The notes under the pieces were generated by a model. That model was not told the origin of the DNA. It was given only the letters and a program-made list of their open reading frames with translations, and ran no database searches. 64,000 bases of DNA, taken from NCBI GenBank assembly GCA_020637615.1, contig JACKKC010000017.1:4905-68904 (forward strand), in the 5' to 3' direction. The position numbers were made by a program, and so were the translations under genes. Position 1 is the first letter of the stretch. Each line of letters begins with the position of its first letter. The stretch comes from Rhodovulum sp. (GTDB lineage Bacteria > Pseudomonadota > Alphaproteobacteria > Rhodobacterales > Rhodobacteraceae). Below, piece after piece: positions 61,614-64,000 of the stretch.

Positions 61614-62555
61614 ATGAAGCGGGCATTCGTGTTTCCCGGGCAGGGGGCGCAGGCGGTCGGGATGGGCCGCGCGCTTGCGGAGGCCTACCCCGAGGCCCGG
61701 GCGGTCTTCGAGGAGGTCGATGCGGCGCTGGGCGAGAAGCTCTCGGCGCTGATCTGGGAAGGCGACATCGCGGAGCTGACGCTGACCGCCAATGCCCAGC
61801 CGGCGCTGATGGCGACCTCGATCGCGGCGATGCGGGCGATGGCCTCCGTGGGGTTCGGCATCGAGCGGGCGCGCTTCGTGGCCGGGCATTCGCTGGGCGA
61901 ATATTCCGCGCTCTGCGCGGCGGAGGCGCTCGGGCTGGCGGATGCCGCGCGGCTCCTGCGGCTGCGCGGCCGGGCGATGCAGGAGGCGGTGCCGGTGGGC
62001 GAGGGCGCCATGGCGGTGGTGCTCGGGCTCGATCTCGCGTCGGTCGAGGCCTTGGCGGCCGAGGCGGCGGCAGGCGAGATCTGCGCCGCGGCGAACGACA
62101 ACGACCCCGCGCAGGTGGTGGTCTCCGGACATGCCGCGGCGGTGGGTCGCGCGGTGGAGATCGCCAAGGCCAAGGGGGCCAAGCGCGCCATGCTGCTGCC
62201 GGTCAGCGCGCCCTTCCATTGCGCGCTGATGGCGCCGGCGGCCGAGGCGATGGCGGAAGCGCTCGCAGGCGTCGACCTGCGGGCGCCGATCGTGCCGCTC
62301 GTCTGCAACGTCAGGGCCGAGGCGGTCAGCGATCCGGACGAAATCCGGCGGCTCCTGGTCGAGCAGGTCACCGGTCGGGTACGCTGGCGTGAGAGCGTCG
62401 CCTGGATGGCGGCGCAGGGGGTCACCGAGATCGTGGAGATCGGCGCGGGCAAGGCGCTCTCGGGCATGGTGAAGCGGATCGACAGGGAGATCGCGGTGCG
62501 CGCGGTCGGCACGCCGGCGGATGTGGCGGCACTGGAGGGAGAGACGGATGTTTGA
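61614..62555 (+). CDS. fabD: Malonyl-CoA-ACP transacylase
   Basis: FPGQGAQ, AGHSLGEY, SAPFHC. Confidence 0.96.
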   Translation: MKRAFVFPGQGAQAVGMGRALAEAYPEARAVFEEVDAALGEKLSALIWEGDIAELTLTANAQPALMATSIAAMRAMASVGFGIERARFVAGHSLGEYSALCAAEALGLADAARLLRLRGRAMQEAVPVGEGAMAVVLGLDLASVEALAAEAAAGEICAAANDNDPAQVVVSGHAAAVGRAVEIAKAKGAKRAMLLPVSAPFHCALMAPAAEAMAEALAGVDLRAPIVPLVCNVRAEAVSDPDEIRRLLVEQVTGRVRWRESVAWMAAQGVTEIVEIGAGKALSGMVKRIDREIAVRAVGTPADVAALEGETDV

Positions 62556-63285
62556 TCTCGCGGGCAGGACGGCGCTGGTCACCGGCGCATCGGGGGGCAT
62601 CGGCGGGGCGATCGCCCGGGCGCTGCACGCGCAGGGCGCGGTGGTGGCGCTCTCGGGGACGCGGGTCGCGCCGCTGGAGGAACTGGCCGGGGCGCTGGGG
62701 GAACGGGCGCATTTGCTGCCCTGCGACCTCGGCGATGCCGCCGCGGTGGAGGCGCTGCCCAAGCGGGCGGCGGAAGCGATGGGCTCGCTGGAGATCCTGG
62801 TCAACAATGCCGGGATCACCAAGGACCAGCTGATGATGCGCATGTCCGACGAGGACTGGGCGCGGGTGATCGAGGTCAACCTGACCAGCACCATGCGGCT
62901 TTCCCGCGGCGTGCTCCGGGGGATGATGAAGGCGCGCTGGGGGCGGATCGTCAACATCTCCTCGGTGGTAGGCGTCACCGGCAATCCGGGGCAGGCGAAC
63001 TACGTGGCCTCCAAGGCCGGCGTGATCGGCATGTCGAAGGCGCTGGCCGCGGAGGTGGCGAGCCGCGGCATCACGGTCAATTGCGTGGCGCCGGGCTTCA
63101 TCGAGAGCGCGATGACGGAGGTCCTCAACGACGAGCAGAAGGCGCGGATACTCGCGCAGATCCCCGCGGGGCGCATGGGCACCGGCGCGGAGGTGGCCGC
63201 GGCGGTCGCCTGGCTCGCCTCGGCGGAGGCGGCCTATGTCACCGGCCAGACCCTGCACGTCAACGGCGGGATGGCGATGATCTGA
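62548..63285 (+). CDS. fabG: 3-oxoacyl-ACP reductase
   Basis: TGASGGIG, NNAGIT, GNPGQANYVASK, LHVNGG; overlaps the fabD stop. Confidence 0.95.
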   Translation: MFDLAGRTALVTGASGGIGGAIARALHAQGAVVALSGTRVAPLEELAGALGERAHLLPCDLGDAAAVEALPKRAAEAMGSLEILVNNAGITKDQLMMRMSDEDWARVIEVNLTSTMRLSRGVLRGMMKARWGRIVNISSVVGVTGNPGQANYVASKAGVIGMSKALAAEVASRGITVNCVAPGFIESAMTEVLNDEQKARILAQIPAGRMGTGAEVAAAVAWLASAEAAYVTGQTLHVNGGMAMI

Positions 63286-63295
63286 CCGCGCCCGG

Positions 63296-64000
63296 TCATT
63301 TCGCCGGCAGGCTTCGCGCGGCGATGCGCTCGCGCATCAGGATATAGAGCCCCGCGCCCATGGTCACCGCGATCCCGAGCGCGGCGAGGCCGTTCGGCAG
63401 GTCCCCGAAGACCGCCCAGCCCACGAAGGTGGCGACGGGGATCTCGAGATACTGCATCGGCGCGACGGTCGCGGAGGGCGCGAAGCGCAGCGACCAGGTG
63501 AGCAGCAGATGCCCGATCGTTCCGAAGACCCCGACCGCGGCGAGCAGCAGCGCCTCGCGCAGGGTCGGGCGCACGAATTCGAGGATCGCGAGGTCGCTGC
63601 CCGCGCCGAGGGCGATTCCCGCGACGAGGAGGGCGGTGGCCATGAGGCCGCTGACCGCCTGGAGCGCGACCGCATCGGTTTCCTTGGCGATGCGCCGGGT
63701 CAGGAGCATGAAGCCGGCGAAGATGCCGGCGACGAGGAGCGGCAGGAGTGCGGGCCAGCCGACCACCGCGAAGCTCGGCTGGATGACGAGCAGGGTTCCG
63801 GCGAATCCCGCGGCGCAGGCGGCGATGCGGCGCGGCCCGACCTCCTCGCCCATCAGGAGCCAGCCGAGCAGCAGCAGGATGAAGGGCAGCACGAAGGTGA
63901 TCGCCGTCGCGTCGGCCAGGGGCAGGAAGCGCAGCGCCGTGAAGAAGGTGCCCATGGCGGCGATGTGCAGGAGCGTGCGCAGGAAGGCGATCCTCAGGAC
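63296..64000 (-). CDS. DMT/EamA family transporter (5' end outside window)
   Basis: Multiple TM segments; GEEVGPRR, APMQYLEIP, FGDLPN. Confidence 0.85.
   Translation of the reverse strand, partial: VLRIAFLRTLLHIAAMGTFFTALRFLPLADATAITFVLPFILLLLGWLLMGEEVGPRRIAACAAGFAGTLLVIQPSFAVVGWPALLPLLVAGIFAGFMLLTRRIAKETDAVALQAVSGLMATALLVAGIALGAGSDLAILEFVRPTLREALLLAAVGVFGTIGHLLLTWSLRFAPSATVAPMQYLEIPVATFVGWAVFGDLPNGLAALGIAVTMGAGLYILMRERIAARSLPAK

Overview
GC-rich alphaproteobacterial chromosome segment; gene content and order point to Rhodobacteraceae. The backbone carries xdhB-xdhC and a purine permease, mazG, an RNase E/G-maf-infA-hisD-murA block, tRNA-Thr(GGT), guaA, a luxI/luxR locus, an mttB-family gene, dgoKA, DUF3300/DUF2950, a hybrid kinase, an ECF sigma/anti-sigma/S8 protease module, acuI-BCCT-photolyase-cfa and fabD-fabG. 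Between tRNA-Thr (12767) and the guaA 3' end (23991) lies an ~11 kb composite island. Its left part is a capsid-less, phage-satellite-like operon (terS, unknown genes, AlpA-like gene, Seg-like GIY-YIG nuclease) flanked by two oppositely oriented HEPN-type genes. This part joins abruptly at ~19430 to the remnant of a guaA-targeting Trb-type ICE (trbF' trbG trbI DUF2274 alpA int). The best novelty candidates are: (1) a protein fusing a phage tail-fibre-assembly-like N-terminal domain to an MtlR-type HEPN domain (18092..18856), a plausible tail-sensing anti-phage effector; (2) the terS-only satellite itself; (3) a structured ~65-110 nt intergenic repeat present three times (39.2, 43.6 and 60.0 kb); (4) an RBS-occluding hairpin on luxI and a lux-box-like palindrome before an XRE gene. 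Several single-base frameshifts and a heavily broken cfa suggest imperfect long-read consensus, so pseudogene calls are provisional. All family assignments come from motif recognition, not database searches.
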